The position numbers and the translations under genes were made by a program. This document shows positions 1-9,887 of a DNA stretch of 64,000 nt, one piece after another (position 1 is the first letter of the stretch; each line of letters starts with the position of its first letter). The DNA is from a bacterium (GTDB taxonomy: Bacteria; UBP6; UBA1177; G963667425), in contig OY763407.1 of assembly GCA_963667425.1 (NCBI GenBank), forward strand, positions 1,281,960 to 1,345,959, given 5' to 3'. A model generated the notes under the pieces. The model saw nothing but the letters and a program-made list of their open reading frames with translations. It was not told where the DNA came from and ran no database searches.

Positions 1-1131
1 GTAAATAAAAAAGATGAAAACGGCGCAACTTCCCTAATGCTTGCAGTAAAATCCAACAATCCTGAGCTTGTAAGCTACCTTATTGAAAAAGGAGCCGACG
101 TAAATGCAAAAGATAAAGATGGATACACACCAATCATGTACACAAAATATATGATGTGGCATATTTATGTTACAGATTTAGCAAACAATCATCAAACGCC
201 GCCATATAGTATCCCCCTTGATGTTATTGAAGAAATAAACTGTATAGATGCAATCTGCCCTACACAAATAAACTATCAATATAATCCTCAATCTGTTTAT
301 TGGTATAAACAAAAAATAAAATCAGAATGGGAAAAATTTTCGCAACAAGAAGATAGTCTTTTAAAGATAGTTAAGACACTAATAGATAAAGGAGCAGATT
401 TAACTATTATTGCAAAAGATAATGATACAATACTTAATTATTCAATTAAATTTGTTAACAAAGAAATAGTAGAACTACTACTTAAAAATGGTGCAGATGC
501 CGATCATTTTGTTACTACACATAAAAACAAAAAAACTAATATATCTCAAATATCCTGTGATGGAGCACAAAAATTACAACCATACATAAAAAAGGATCAG
601 AAAACATTTTGTGAAAACAATATTACATGTGAAAATATTATACCTTATTGTATTGATGTATTAAATGATAAAGAATTTATAAAAGAATATTCTTATTTAT
701 TACTTTCTTTTGCAATAAAAGAAGATGACACTGAAATGATAGAAAATTTAGTAAAAAAAGGGGCAACTTTAGATAATAAAAAAAATCTGCCGCAAATGTC
801 TGCCACAGTAAATATTTCTGATAATGGAACAATAAACGTCAGTAACCTTGTTAAAGAAACACCAGTTTTTGCAGCTGTAAGAGAAAAAAAGATAAAATCA
901 TTAAATAAACTCATTGAACTTGGCGCAAATCTTAATGCAGTAGACCACGACGGATTAACTCCATTAATTACTGCTATAACAGCATATAAACCTGATGAAG
1001 AAATAATACAAACACTTATTGATAACGGAGCCAATCTAAATTTTGTTGTAAATAACAAAGAATCGGAATACAACGGCATGAGCGTTATGGATATTGCAAA
1101 AAAAAGAAAGATAACTATCAAATTAAAATAA
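1..1131 (+). CDS. Ankyrin-repeat protein (5' end lies outside the window)
   Basis: The ORF is open from nucleotide 1 in frame 1. It contains repeated ~33-aa ANK-like modules (KGADVNAKDKDGYTPIM, DKGADLTIIAKDNDTILNYSI, LGANLNAVDHDGLTPLITAI, DNGANLNFVVN...GMSVMDIA). Confidence 0.75.
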   Translation, partial: VNKKDENGATSLMLAVKSNNPELVSYLIEKGADVNAKDKDGYTPIMYTKYMMWHIYVTDLANNHQTPPYSIPLDVIEEINCIDAICPTQINYQYNPQSVYWYKQKIKSEWEKFSQQEDSLLKIVKTLIDKGADLTIIAKDNDTILNYSIKFVNKEIVELLLKNGADADHFVTTHKNKKTNISQISCDGAQKLQPYIKKDQKTFCENNITCENIIPYCIDVLNDKEFIKEYSYLLLSFAIKEDDTEMIENLVKKGATLDNKKNLPQMSATVNISDNGTINVSNLVKETPVFAAVREKKIKSLNKLIELGANLNAVDHDGLTPLITAITAYKPDEEIIQTLIDNGANLNFVVNNKESEYNGMSVMDIAKKRKITIKLK

Positions 1132-1264
1132 CAGCCTCTTAATATTTTGCCTTAACATTCTATTTTTATTCAATTTTTATTTGACTATTATTTTTAAGCA
1201 TCATATGATATGTTTAAGTTTAAATTAAATAGCCTGATTTCTGTTTTTTGATTTTCTTTTTGCT

Positions 1265-1440
1265 TATTTATTTAATCTGCTCTTATTTTGTTTTATCTGA
1301 TTATGTTTTTTTCTTTTTTCTTTTATTTTTGTTTTATCTGACCGGTTATTTGTTTTTTTTGCCGCTTTTTAATTTTATCTGACTGGTTTTTTATTTTATT
1401 TTACCGGTCATATTTAATTTTTTTACCGGTATTTTTATTA
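1265..1440. promoter_or_regulatory. AT-rich intergenic region with direct repeats TTTTATCTGAC(C/T)GGTT and TTTTACCGGT (palindromic ACCGGT core); candidate operator/promoter for the downstream gene
   Basis: The motif occurs at about 1291, 1332 and 1375 (period ~41-43 bp) and again at 1398 and 1422. ACCGGT or ACTGGT cores sit at 1341, 1382, 1403 and 1425. The region lies directly upstream of the start at 1454. Confidence 0.3.
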
Positions 1441-1453
1441 AATGGAGGGTCTA

Positions 1454-2149
1454 ATGGATGAAAATGTAAAAAAAGATGTTAATGAAACGTCAGAAGTTTC
1501 AGTTAAAAGAAAATCTTCTTCATCTATAGAGGATAAGCTTATGAGAGCAGAGCTTTTAATTAAAGGTTCTGCTGCTGATGAAGAAATTAAGCTTTCTTTA
1601 AAGAAATATGGTTTTGGAGAAGAAAAGCTTGTTTATGCTGCAGCTCTTCTTAATGAGGTAAAGGATTTATTTCTTGTTAAGGAAAATGAGAAGAGCGGTA
1701 AAAAGGATGCTGTGGAATCTTTTAACAAAATGATGGATTCTATTAACGAAACTTATGTTGAAGCTGTTAAACTTGCAAGAATTGCTTTTAAAAACAATAA
1801 GGAAATTTATTCTTTTCTGGGTCTTTCAGGTAAACGTGAGGGTAAATATGCTTTATGGATTGTCCAGCTCAAAAGTTTTTACAGAAATGCTCTTTCAAGG
1901 GCGGATATTATTGATGTTTTGTCTCAGTATAATATTTCCGAGGAGACTTTAAGGCTTGGTTTAAGGAATGCGGAGGATATTGAGACTGAGAGAATTGATA
2001 TGGAGCGTGAAAAGAGTGAGAGTGTAACAAGTACTAATAATTTTAATAAAAAATTAAAGGAACTTGAGGGTATTATTTCAGATTTAAAAAAAATTGCTCT
2101 TATTGCTCTTAAAAATAATCCCGGCTGGCTTAAAAGACTTGGATTATAG
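1454..2149 (+). CDS. Hypothetical protein (charged, helical; no recognisable domain)
   Basis: ORF 1442..2149. The more likely start is the ATG at 1454 (MDENVKK), which is preceded by GGAGGG at 1445-1450. Confidence 0.55.
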   Translation: MDENVKKDVNETSEVSVKRKSSSSIEDKLMRAELLIKGSAADEEIKLSLKKYGFGEEKLVYAAALLNEVKDLFLVKENEKSGKKDAVESFNKMMDSINETYVEAVKLARIAFKNNKEIYSFLGLSGKREGKYALWIVQLKSFYRNALSRADIIDVLSQYNISEETLRLGLRNAEDIETERIDMEREKSESVTSTNNFNKKLKELEGIISDLKKIALIALKNNPGWLKRLGL

Positions 2150-2162
2150 GTTTTTTTCTGTT

Positions 2163-2591
2163 TTATCTTGGAAGGTGTTCCCGTTTAAGTAATCTTACTG
2201 TTTCTGCCAGGTATTTTATTATTCCTGATGCTATTTCTTCTCTCTGGTTGAATATGTCTGTAAAATCTTCACCGTTTAGACGTAAAACTATTGCATCTGT
2301 AAATGCTGAAAGCGAAACTGAGCTTAATACTCCGTCAAGAACCGCTAGTTCGCCAAAGCTTTGTCCTGGAAACATTTTATCTATTTTTCTGCTGTCGGAA
2401 ATTACGTCAAGCTCTCCTTCCACAAGAATAAACAGGTCGCTCAGGATTTCTCCTTCGCTTATTATTGTAGAGCCTTTGTCATAGCTGTATTCTTCAAGAA
2501 AAAAAGCTACGTCGGCAAGCATTTCGCCTGATATTCTGCTGAAAAGCTCTAATTTTTTGAGAGCAAGAACTTTTTCAACTGTCGTAAGCAT
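2163..2591 (-). CDS. Cyclic-nucleotide-binding (cNMP/CAP-like effector) domain protein
   Basis: Contains the motif FPGQSFGELAVLDG...R.ASV.A and beta-roll context typical of cNMP-binding domains. The gene lies 10 bp downstream of the transporter-HEAT gene on the same strand. Confidence 0.6.
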   Translation of the reverse strand: MLTTVEKVLALKKLELFSRISGEMLADVAFFLEEYSYDKGSTIISEGEILSDLFILVEGELDVISDSRKIDKMFPGQSFGELAVLDGVLSSVSLSAFTDAIVLRLNGEDFTDIFNQREEIASGIIKYLAETVRLLKREHLPR

Positions 2592-2601
2592 TTTTTCCTC
2601 C

Positions 2602-5466
2602 TCAGTCGTTCTCTTTATTAATGTGTTTAAAGTATTTTACAACGTTTTCTGAAGCATCGTTTCTAAGATAGCTTTTTTCTTCGTCTGTTAATTTCACTTT
2701 AAATTTTGTTACTGCATATACTGCCATTTCTCTGACTATCGGTGATGCGTCGTAAACAAAATTGTGTACTTTGTCAGCAAATTTTTCAAAATCTTCATCT
2801 GCTATGGTGTATAGTGTTATCGCTCTGACCCACTGGTTGTCATCCATGAGCATTATTTCCAGTATGTCGGATATTTTAAGATTTTTTATTTTAAAGTTGT
2901 CAAATCCTATTTTCATAAGTTCTTTTTCATCGACGAGTTCAATTACGGGTATCAGAAGTTTTCTTTTTTCAAGATTTACTATGTTATCTATAATTTCTAT
3001 TGCGTTTGACCGGTGTTCAGCTGTTACATCGTGTCTTGTAAGGTTAAAGTATACTGTGTCAAAAACTTCTTTGCCATAGAGTATTCCAAGTATTGCAAAT
3101 ATTCTGAATACTGTCGCTTTCTGCTTTTCATTTATGATGTCTACTATATTTGATTCGCCAGTAAAGCTTAAAAGTTTCTGTTTGTTGTAAAGCAGCTGGA
3201 AATAGTTAAAAAGTTCCTTGTAAAAGGTTCTTTCAAGCATTCTGAAATCTTTTGCGTTAAATTCTATTCCTGTTACTGAGATTTTTCTTAAACTTCTAAG
3301 GATTTCTGTTCTGAGGTCGTCGCTTCTTGTTTCAAGTGAGAGCATTAGTATTTTCTGGCATTCCGGTGATTCCAGTCCGCCGAGAACTTTTGCTACTGCT
3401 GTTTTAAGAGAGATCGGATCAAGGTTGTTTGAGAGTATGTTTTCAGCTGGAGAAAGAATTTTGTTTCCAAATCCTGCAAGTACTCTTACTACGTCGATAT
3501 TTACAAATCTGTCGTTTAAAAGGAAGAATAGTGCAGGTATTGCATCGCTTGCTTCAACTAATCCTACGGCTTTTACTGCTTCACGTCTTACTTTGACGCT
3601 ATTGTCGTTTAATAGTGAAAAAAGTTTCTGCTGCATGTTTCTTTGTCTGAGTTCTCCTAATATGTATGCGGCAGAGACTCTTTCTTTCGGTATTACTGAA
3701 TCTGTAAGATCTTTCAGGTATGGAGCTGCGTTCATTATGCCCATTATTCCGCCGTATCTTATCAGAGAGATGATTGCGGCGGCTTTTATTCTCAGGTTTT
3801 TGTTTTTAAGAAAAAGCGAAGTGTGTTTTATCGATTTTTCCATGTGTATGAAGCCGTATGTAAGGATTGCTTCACATGCGGTGTCAGGATCCTGATCCTG
3901 CATCATTCTTAAGACATCATAGCTGTAAAATCTCGATTCTGTCTTTCTTAAAAGCCTTAGTATTCTTCTTTTTATTTTTGGAGCTGATATCGGCAGAATT
4001 GATATGTAATGCCTGATCATTTCATAATAACGCCCTTTGTCTATCATGTCGAGTGACATGATTATTTCTTCATCGTTGTTTGATGAGAGCGATTCGTGGA
4101 CGATTGATGAAATTACGTCTTCCTTTATGTTAAATTCGCCAGTATGAATTTTTTTTCTTTTAATGTTGTCCATAAGAACTGCAAGATATTGTTTTCTTAT
4201 GATGACAAAAAGTGTAAGCCAGCATACTCCAACTATTATGATGGCTGCTGTTATGTATTTGTTGTCGATTGCACTTCTGCTTATGAAATATATCAGAAGT
4301 CCTGAAAATCCTATTGAAAGCGGCTTTACGATGCCGTCAATTGTTGCTTTCGCCTTACGCCTTAACGATGGTTGAAGCGGTATGTAGAGAAGCTGCATTG
4401 CAGAGTCGTTTATTGTATATCTGAATGCATAATCCGAGGCTTTTGCTCCGGCTATAAATGCGATGGACGGAAATATAAAAAAGAATGCAGAAAAACCTGT
4501 CAGCATAAATGGTAGTATTGAAAGACTTGCAAAAACTCCGAGTTTTAAAAGCTTTCTTGTTGCAAAAAACTGAAAGAAAAGAGAAAATACGCCGCTGAAG
4601 ATGGCGTATATCCATCCAAAAAACGCGGCAAGTTCAGCTTCGGAATATGTCTGAGCGGCTGTCACTTTAAACTCGTAATCAACAAGTGTTGATGAAATAA
4701 ATATAAGAGATGTTATAACTGCAATGTTTCTTACATATTTTGAAGAAAAAGTCGACTGTTTTTCAATCGTTTCAAACGATTTTGGCGATTTTATAAAAAC
4801 AGAACGCTGAAGTTTGGATCTGTAACGGCGTCCCATGTAATCTACAATAAAAACTGTAGCTATCATAAAAAACAGCGAAACGAAAAGAACATTCTCAACG
4901 CTTAATAATTTTACAATAAGAGAAATGCCTTCACCAGCCGCAAAACTTGCAAGTATACCGCCGACACCGACAAAACCTAAAACTCTTTTCGCTTCCCTTG
5001 AATCAAGAAGTTCGTTAGCAAAACTCCAGAATTGAAACATCATAAAAGCGCCCATAATCTCGACAAAAATATAAAGAAGAGGATAGCTGAAAGAAAAATG
5101 GAGCTTGACAAAAACCAGAATAAGCATCATTACAAACGCAGAAAACGTCATAATAAGTTTTATAAGGACATCAAGCCTAAAATAGGCGCTTTTTCTTGAA
5201 TAAATATATGTAAGTAGAGAAACAAAAAGGGCTACGCCGATATACATTAAAGGAAGCTGTTTAACATCATATCTTTTAAGAAAAAGAGTATCTCTTACGA
5301 TACGTCCCATTACAAGAACGGAAACAACAAGAAACTGGTAGACAAATAAAAGGACGGCTCTGGACTGTTCCTCTTTCCGCACACCAATTTTTTTGAAAAA
5401 AGCTTCCATAAAACCCATATAAAAAATATCTTTGCGCACATTAACACAAGAGAAGTTTTTTTTCAA
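2602..5466 (-). CDS. Polytopic membrane protein: N-terminal TLC (ATP:ADP antiporter)/MFS-like transporter domain fused to a C-terminal HEAT/PBS-lyase-like repeat domain
   Basis: The first ~450 aa have about 11-12 hydrophobic segments, with RIVRDTLFLKRYDVKQLPLMYIGVALFVS resembling the N-terminus of TLC/NTT-family transporters. The C-terminal ~450 aa hold repeated HEAT-like units (KVRREAVKAVGLVEASDAIPALFFLLND, QWVRAITLYTIADE, PIVREMAVYAVTKF). The exact start is uncertain. Confidence 0.5.
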   Translation of the reverse strand: MKKNFSCVNVRKDIFYMGFMEAFFKKIGVRKEEQSRAVLLFVYQFLVVSVLVMGRIVRDTLFLKRYDVKQLPLMYIGVALFVSLLTYIYSRKSAYFRLDVLIKLIMTFSAFVMMLILVFVKLHFSFSYPLLYIFVEIMGAFMMFQFWSFANELLDSREAKRVLGFVGVGGILASFAAGEGISLIVKLLSVENVLFVSLFFMIATVFIVDYMGRRYRSKLQRSVFIKSPKSFETIEKQSTFSSKYVRNIAVITSLIFISSTLVDYEFKVTAAQTYSEAELAAFFGWIYAIFSGVFSLFFQFFATRKLLKLGVFASLSILPFMLTGFSAFFFIFPSIAFIAGAKASDYAFRYTINDSAMQLLYIPLQPSLRRKAKATIDGIVKPLSIGFSGLLIYFISRSAIDNKYITAAIIIVGVCWLTLFVIIRKQYLAVLMDNIKRKKIHTGEFNIKEDVISSIVHESLSSNNDEEIIMSLDMIDKGRYYEMIRHYISILPISAPKIKRRILRLLRKTESRFYSYDVLRMMQDQDPDTACEAILTYGFIHMEKSIKHTSLFLKNKNLRIKAAAIISLIRYGGIMGIMNAAPYLKDLTDSVIPKERVSAAYILGELRQRNMQQKLFSLLNDNSVKVRREAVKAVGLVEASDAIPALFFLLNDRFVNIDVVRVLAGFGNKILSPAENILSNNLDPISLKTAVAKVLGGLESPECQKILMLSLETRSDDLRTEILRSLRKISVTGIEFNAKDFRMLERTFYKELFNYFQLLYNKQKLLSFTGESNIVDIINEKQKATVFRIFAILGILYGKEVFDTVYFNLTRHDVTAEHRSNAIEIIDNIVNLEKRKLLIPVIELVDEKELMKIGFDNFKIKNLKISDILEIMLMDDNQWVRAITLYTIADEDFEKFADKVHNFVYDASPIVREMAVYAVTKFKVKLTDEEKSYLRNDASENVVKYFKHINKEND

Positions 5467-5659
5467 AGAAAAATTATATCTGCAATATTTATAAGCGGAT
5501 TAAATTTTTGAGACCATGATGTAAGTAATAAAAACCTCATTAAATACTAACAAAATGAGAGATAAAATAAAAATTCCTTGACACTCAAAAAAAATACCTT
5601 TACAATCACCTCCAGCTTAACGTTAGTTTTTTACCTTGTTTTTTTACTATTTGGAGGAA

Positions 5660-6754
5660 ATGATGAGAAAAATTACTCTTGCAGTTCTTATGCTGCTTGG
5701 ATTACTCTTCGTGGTTTCTTGTGGAGATGATGACGAAGATGAAGACACAAGTTGTACTTTAGCAGAAGCAGTTTGTGATGGAAACACTTTTAAAGTTTGT
5801 ATCGCAAAAGACGGAGCAACAGCTGCAACAGATACAGAATGGTATTCAGTAGATTGTTCAGCATCAGGCAAAACATGTGATGTAGCACTTGGTGGATGTA
5901 CAGGTGGAACAACAACATGTACAGAAGGCGCAAAACAGTGCAGCGGTACAAAAATTCAGACATGTACAGGTGGTACATGGGTTGATGGAACAGATTGTTC
6001 AGCAACAAGCCAGACATGTGAAGCCGGTGCTTGTACAGGTGGAACAACAACATGTACAGAAGGCGCAAAACAGTGCAGCGGAACAAAAGTTCAGATCTGC
6101 CAGAACAACGCATGGGTTGACAGTGTAGATTGTGCTACAAACAGCCAGACATGTGAAGCTGGTGCTTGTAAAGATGCTTCAACAACAGGATATCCTAATG
6201 GATTAAAAATCACAGGAACAATAAACCTTTATCATCCAACAGCTATTCCTGACGGACAGGGTGGTTTCCAGGATGCTTCTTCACAAATTACAGCATGTGA
6301 CCCAGAAGGAACAGTTCCAGCAAGTGGACCTTATGGTACATTAACAGTTAATGCTAACTTTGCAGAAGTTGCTACTGAATCTCCATCATCAATAGATCCT
6401 TCTGCTGCTTACGCAATGCAGACATCTCCTTATACAGGAACAATGGGAACTGTATCTCTTCCTGCTGTAAGCCAAAATGTAGCAATAGCTTATCAGGGTG
6501 TTTACAATGGTTCGAATTATGTTGGCATTGACAACTTCGGTGTTAATGGTAGTTCTATTGATTACAGTTATTTCATGACTATGTCATGTGATGAGCCTAT
6601 ATCAAACAGCGTATCTGTAGGACCTTTCCAAGACAATGTATGTCAGTTTGCAGTTCTTAAAATAGAAGGTAGCAATATTGCTTGTTACTATGCTCTTGGT
6701 GTTGCATACTCTGATGTTAATGATGGTAGCTCAAACCTTACAGTTACAAAATAA
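5660..6754 (+). CDS. Secreted Cys/Thr/Gly-rich repeat lipoprotein
   Basis: Lipoprotein signal MMRKITLAVLMLLGLLFVVSC followed by a DDDEDED stretch. A 45-aa module is tandemly duplicated almost perfectly (GGTTTCTEGAKQCSGTKIQTCTGGTWVDGTDCSATSQTCEAGAC; DNA 5897-6031 and 6032-6166). The ATG at 5660 is preceded by GGAGGA; the ORF-track start at 5636 is a TTG. Confidence 0.6.
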   Translation: MMRKITLAVLMLLGLLFVVSCGDDDEDEDTSCTLAEAVCDGNTFKVCIAKDGATAATDTEWYSVDCSASGKTCDVALGGCTGGTTTCTEGAKQCSGTKIQTCTGGTWVDGTDCSATSQTCEAGACTGGTTTCTEGAKQCSGTKVQICQNNAWVDSVDCATNSQTCEAGACKDASTTGYPNGLKITGTINLYHPTAIPDGQGGFQDASSQITACDPEGTVPASGPYGTLTVNANFAEVATESPSSIDPSAAYAMQTSPYTGTMGTVSLPAVSQNVAIAYQGVYNGSNYVGIDNFGVNGSSIDYSYFMTMSCDEPISNSVSVGPFQDNVCQFAVLKIEGSNIACYYALGVAYSDVNDGSSNLTVTK

Positions 6755-6780
6755 TCAGAAAACCAAAAAGATTATTAAAA

Positions 6781-6806
6781 GCCTCCCTTCGGGGAGGTTT
6801 TTTTGT
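6781..6806. terminator. Bidirectional rho-independent terminator between convergent genes
   Basis: GCCTCCC-TTCG-GGGAGG hairpin followed by a T7 run. On the other strand it is preceded by an A-rich tract. Confidence 0.7.
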
Positions 6807-6881
6807 TTTAAGGCAAACTTTTATTAGTCAAATTTCTTTTGTTGAATATTTCTTAATTAAGTGTTATAAAAACAAGTCTAT

Positions 6882-7394
6882 TTATTCGGCTTTAAATACT
6901 TCAGGCTCTTTAAGTTTTACTTTAAGTATTTTCTCAAGACTGTATCCGTTACTTTCTAGAAGTTCCATATAGTCATCTTCTGTTTTTGATAGTATTTCTG
7001 CCCGTTTTTTCATTGATTCAACTTCTTTAAAAGGCATTTCCTTAAGTGCCGGACAAAAATCTGTAATGAATGTTCGCCACTCACCGTCTGTATAGAGTTC
7101 TTCTGTAAATGGAGTTACCGCACAGTGAAGTGGTTTGTCTGCATGAATAGAACATTTTTCATTTTTAAGCATGATGCAGTGTCCGTTTTCCTTTTTCAGT
7201 ACAAGATACGGAATGTAAAGGTAACTAAAGGAATCTTCTTCTATTTCAAAAAGTATGTGGTTTGTGTATGTATCAACAAATTTCTGCACTGTTATTTTCA
7301 TTGAGTCAGCTAATCTTTTTATGTCATCCGGATAAAGAAATGCTTCACCTTCACCGTGACAGCATTTCCCACATATTTTACAGTTAAATGTCAT
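6882..7394 (-). CDS. YkgJ/UPF0153-family zinc/iron-chelating (CxxCxxCC) protein
   Basis: N-terminal CKICGKCCHGEG motif plus the further Cys residues characteristic of the YkgJ family. Confidence 0.55.
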   Translation of the reverse strand: MTFNCKICGKCCHGEGEAFLYPDDIKRLADSMKITVQKFVDTYTNHILFEIEEDSFSYLYIPYLVLKKENGHCIMLKNEKCSIHADKPLHCAVTPFTEELYTDGEWRTFITDFCPALKEMPFKEVESMKKRAEILSKTEDDYMELLESNGYSLEKILKVKLKEPEVFKAE

Positions 7395-7405
7395 TATTTT
7401 CTCTC

Positions 7406-8254
7406 TTATTTGCTTTCCGCAAAATTTCTAAGTGTTTCTATTTCTTCTTTCCATTTATCGGGCTCAGGTGTTTCAAGTATTAGTGGTATGTTATCAAATC
7501 TGGAATCTTTCATTATATATCTGAAACATTCGATTCCAAGTGTTCCGTTTCCAAGTGTTTCGTGTCTGTCAACTCTTGTGGCAAGTTCTTTTTTGGAATC
7601 GTTTAAGTGCATTCCTGATAAATATTTAAATCCTACTATTTTTTCAAATTCAGCAAATGTTTTTTCACATGTTTCAATTGTTTTTATATCATAGCCTGAA
7701 GCATATGTATGTGCAGTGTCAAGACAAACGCCAACTCTGGTTTTATCTTCAACTTTGTCAATGATTGCCGCAATATGTTCGAATCTGTATCCTACGTTTG
7801 TCCCCTGCCCTGCTGTGTTTTCTATGACTGCTTTTACGTTTTCTGTTTTGCTTAAAGCTATATTTATTGATTCGGATATTCTGTTTAGACATTCTTCTTC
7901 GCTTATTTCTTTAAGATGGCTTCCGGGATGAAAATTAAGCATTGTAAGTCCAAGAAGATTGCATCTTTTCATTTCTTCAATAAATGAATTTCGTGACTGC
8001 TCTATTTTTTCATAAAATGGATTTCCAAGATTTATAAGATATGAATCATGCGGAAGTACCTGGGATGGTGTAAAAGAATATTTTTCCATATTGGCTTTGA
8101 ATTTTATTATATTTTCTTCTGCAAGAGGTGATGTAAGCCATTGTTTCTGGTTTTTGGTAAAAAGCGCAAATGCTGTTGCCCCTATTTCACCTGCATTTTT
8201 TGGAGCATTTTCCACTCCACCGGAAGCACTTACATGGGCTCCTATGTATTTCAT
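7406..8254 (-). CDS. nfo: Endonuclease IV (AP endonuclease, Nfo)
   Basis: Contains Nfo motifs: [49 protein letters not shown]...[11 protein letters not shown]. The start at MKYIGAHV is preceded by GGAGG. Confidence 0.9.
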   Translation of the reverse strand: MKYIGAHVSASGGVENAPKNAGEIGATAFALFTKNQKQWLTSPLAEENIIKFKANMEKYSFTPSQVLPHDSYLINLGNPFYEKIEQSRNSFIEEMKRCNLLGLTMLNFHPGSHLKEISEEECLNRISESINIALSKTENVKAVIENTAGQGTNVGYRFEHIAAIIDKVEDKTRVGVCLDTAHTYASGYDIKTIETCEKTFAEFEKIVGFKYLSGMHLNDSKKELATRVDRHETLGNGTLGIECFRYIMKDSRFDNIPLILETPEPDKWKEEIETLRNFAESK

Positions 8255-8321
8255 AAAACCTCCTTCCATAAATTCTTCTGAATGGTAGCATAAAAGTTTA
8301 TGTTTTCAATCATAAAATATT

Positions 8322-9887
8322 TTATTTGAGTTTGAATATTGTAAAAAGTGGTACTTCTTCTTCTTTTTTTGTATAGACTGCCTTTTCATTCTTTAGCTGT
8401 TTCAGAAGATGAGGATAGCTTTCCCATCTGTATTCATGTGTAAGTATAAGATAGTCAGCTGTTTCACAGTTTGATATATATCTGAAGTTATTTGTGAGCT
8501 CTTTTCCTTTTTTAAGTATTGATGCAGGATATATATATTCACCGCCATTTGGCATTACACATACATCACATCTCTGCTTCGAGCATTTTTCATTAAAATA
8601 GGTTGAAATATCATTGTAAAAGAGATCATAATAGTGTCTTTCCATTCCATGAATAAGAGCTCCTTTTGTTCCACCGGATATTTCGTTGTAATATGAAAGA
8701 TGATTTGGTGAAACAGATATAAAACCTATTATCTGAGGAATGAATATCAGCACAGCAAATCCATATTTTATTTCTCTCTTTTTTATTTCCGCTTTTTCAA
8801 GTGTAAGTGCAAGCCCTAATCCTGCCATTATTGCAAGAAAAGGGAAAAGCGGCTGGAAAAGCTTTACTCCACTATAAAAAACTGGAGATATTATTACCGG
8901 AAACACTGAAAACAATGCTGCTAGAGTAACAAGCATCAATGGTGAATTTTCAGATGAATCCTTTTTTCTGTAAATGAATGGTAAAACTGCTGAAAAGAAC
9001 AGTACCATTACAGGCACTGTCATTAATGTCATTACAAGAGGTGCTGTAAATGGCGGTCTTGGTTCTCTGTAAATTTCTCCAAGATAATACATCAGTATGC
9101 CGTAGTGTTTTGTGTGAAAGCTTATGTAGTTTGACATTCTGTTAACTGTATCATGCCACATCCACGGCCATATCATAAAAAAGAGAGGCATTGATATTAT
9201 CAGCATTGAGATAAATTGGCGTGGAAACAGCGCTTTTATTGAACGTTTTTTAAATATATCTTCTCTTTTTATTATCAAATAATGAATAACTACAGGAACG
9301 ACCATAAAAGGAGCATTAAGTTTTGTGGCAAGCGCCAAACCAAATGTTATTCCTGTCATTACAGTCCAGAATTTTGATGTAAAAGCCCGATAATATGAGT
9401 AAACAAAAATAAAACTGGCAGCTCCTACTGTAAAATCAAGCGTTGCAACTCGTGCATGAAAAAATGTTCTCGGCAAAAATATAAAAAATAGTGACGCAAA
9501 AACAGCCGCTTTCAGTGAAAAAACCCTTCTCGTAAAATCAAAGATAAATAATAGGAGAATTAATGCCATTATTGAAATGCCATACCTGAAAGTTACAAAT
9601 TCAGGATTAACACCAAGCAATTTGTGAAAAAAAAGATATCCGCCAGCCATCAAAAGCTTTGCAAAAGAAGGATGTTCATTATTGAACATCCAGTATCTGT
9701 CTATGAAATTTTTATCAAAGTATCTGAAACCCTTATATCCTTCTGTAAAATATGAAGAATAATTCTTTGCAGCTTCCATGTAATATCTGGCATCATCAGT
9801 TATTGATACTGTTTCAGCTTTATAAAAAAGCATAAAAGCATATAGAAAAAGTATTGGGATTATTATGAGATTAAACTTTTTTTTCAT
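8322..9887 (-). CDS. Polytopic membrane glycosyltransferase (GT39/GT83, ArnT/PMT-like)
   Basis: 521 aa with about 12 TM segments and a GT-C-like N-terminal region (Y..A.NYSSYF; F..P.. motifs). The start overlaps the downstream gene by 4 bp. Confidence 0.5.
   Translation of the reverse strand: MKKKFNLIIIPILFLYAFMLFYKAETVSITDDARYYMEAAKNYSSYFTEGYKGFRYFDKNFIDRYWMFNNEHPSFAKLLMAGGYLFFHKLLGVNPEFVTFRYGISIMALILLLFIFDFTRRVFSLKAAVFASLFFIFLPRTFFHARVATLDFTVGAASFIFVYSYYRAFTSKFWTVMTGITFGLALATKLNAPFMVVPVVIHYLIIKREDIFKKRSIKALFPRQFISMLIISMPLFFMIWPWMWHDTVNRMSNYISFHTKHYGILMYYLGEIYREPRPPFTAPLVMTLMTVPVMVLFFSAVLPFIYRKKDSSENSPLMLVTLAALFSVFPVIISPVFYSGVKLFQPLFPFLAIMAGLGLALTLEKAEIKKREIKYGFAVLIFIPQIIGFISVSPNHLSYYNEISGGTKGALIHGMERHYYDLFYNDISTYFNEKCSKQRCDVCVMPNGGEYIYPASILKKGKELTNNFRYISNCETADYLILTHEYRWESYPHLLKQLKNEKAVYTKKEEEVPLFTIFKLK

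Noticed and set aside
1755-1952. 65-aa ORF inside the 1454..2149 gene
   Set aside because: It is an out-of-frame internal ORF of a convincingly coding region.
5790-6128. ORFs 5790..6113 (-) and 5889..6128 (+) inside the Cys-rich lipoprotein gene
   Set aside because: They are antisense or alternative-frame readings across the 135-bp tandem duplication. Their repetitive low-complexity translations are not credible next to the strong signal-peptide-bearing frame.
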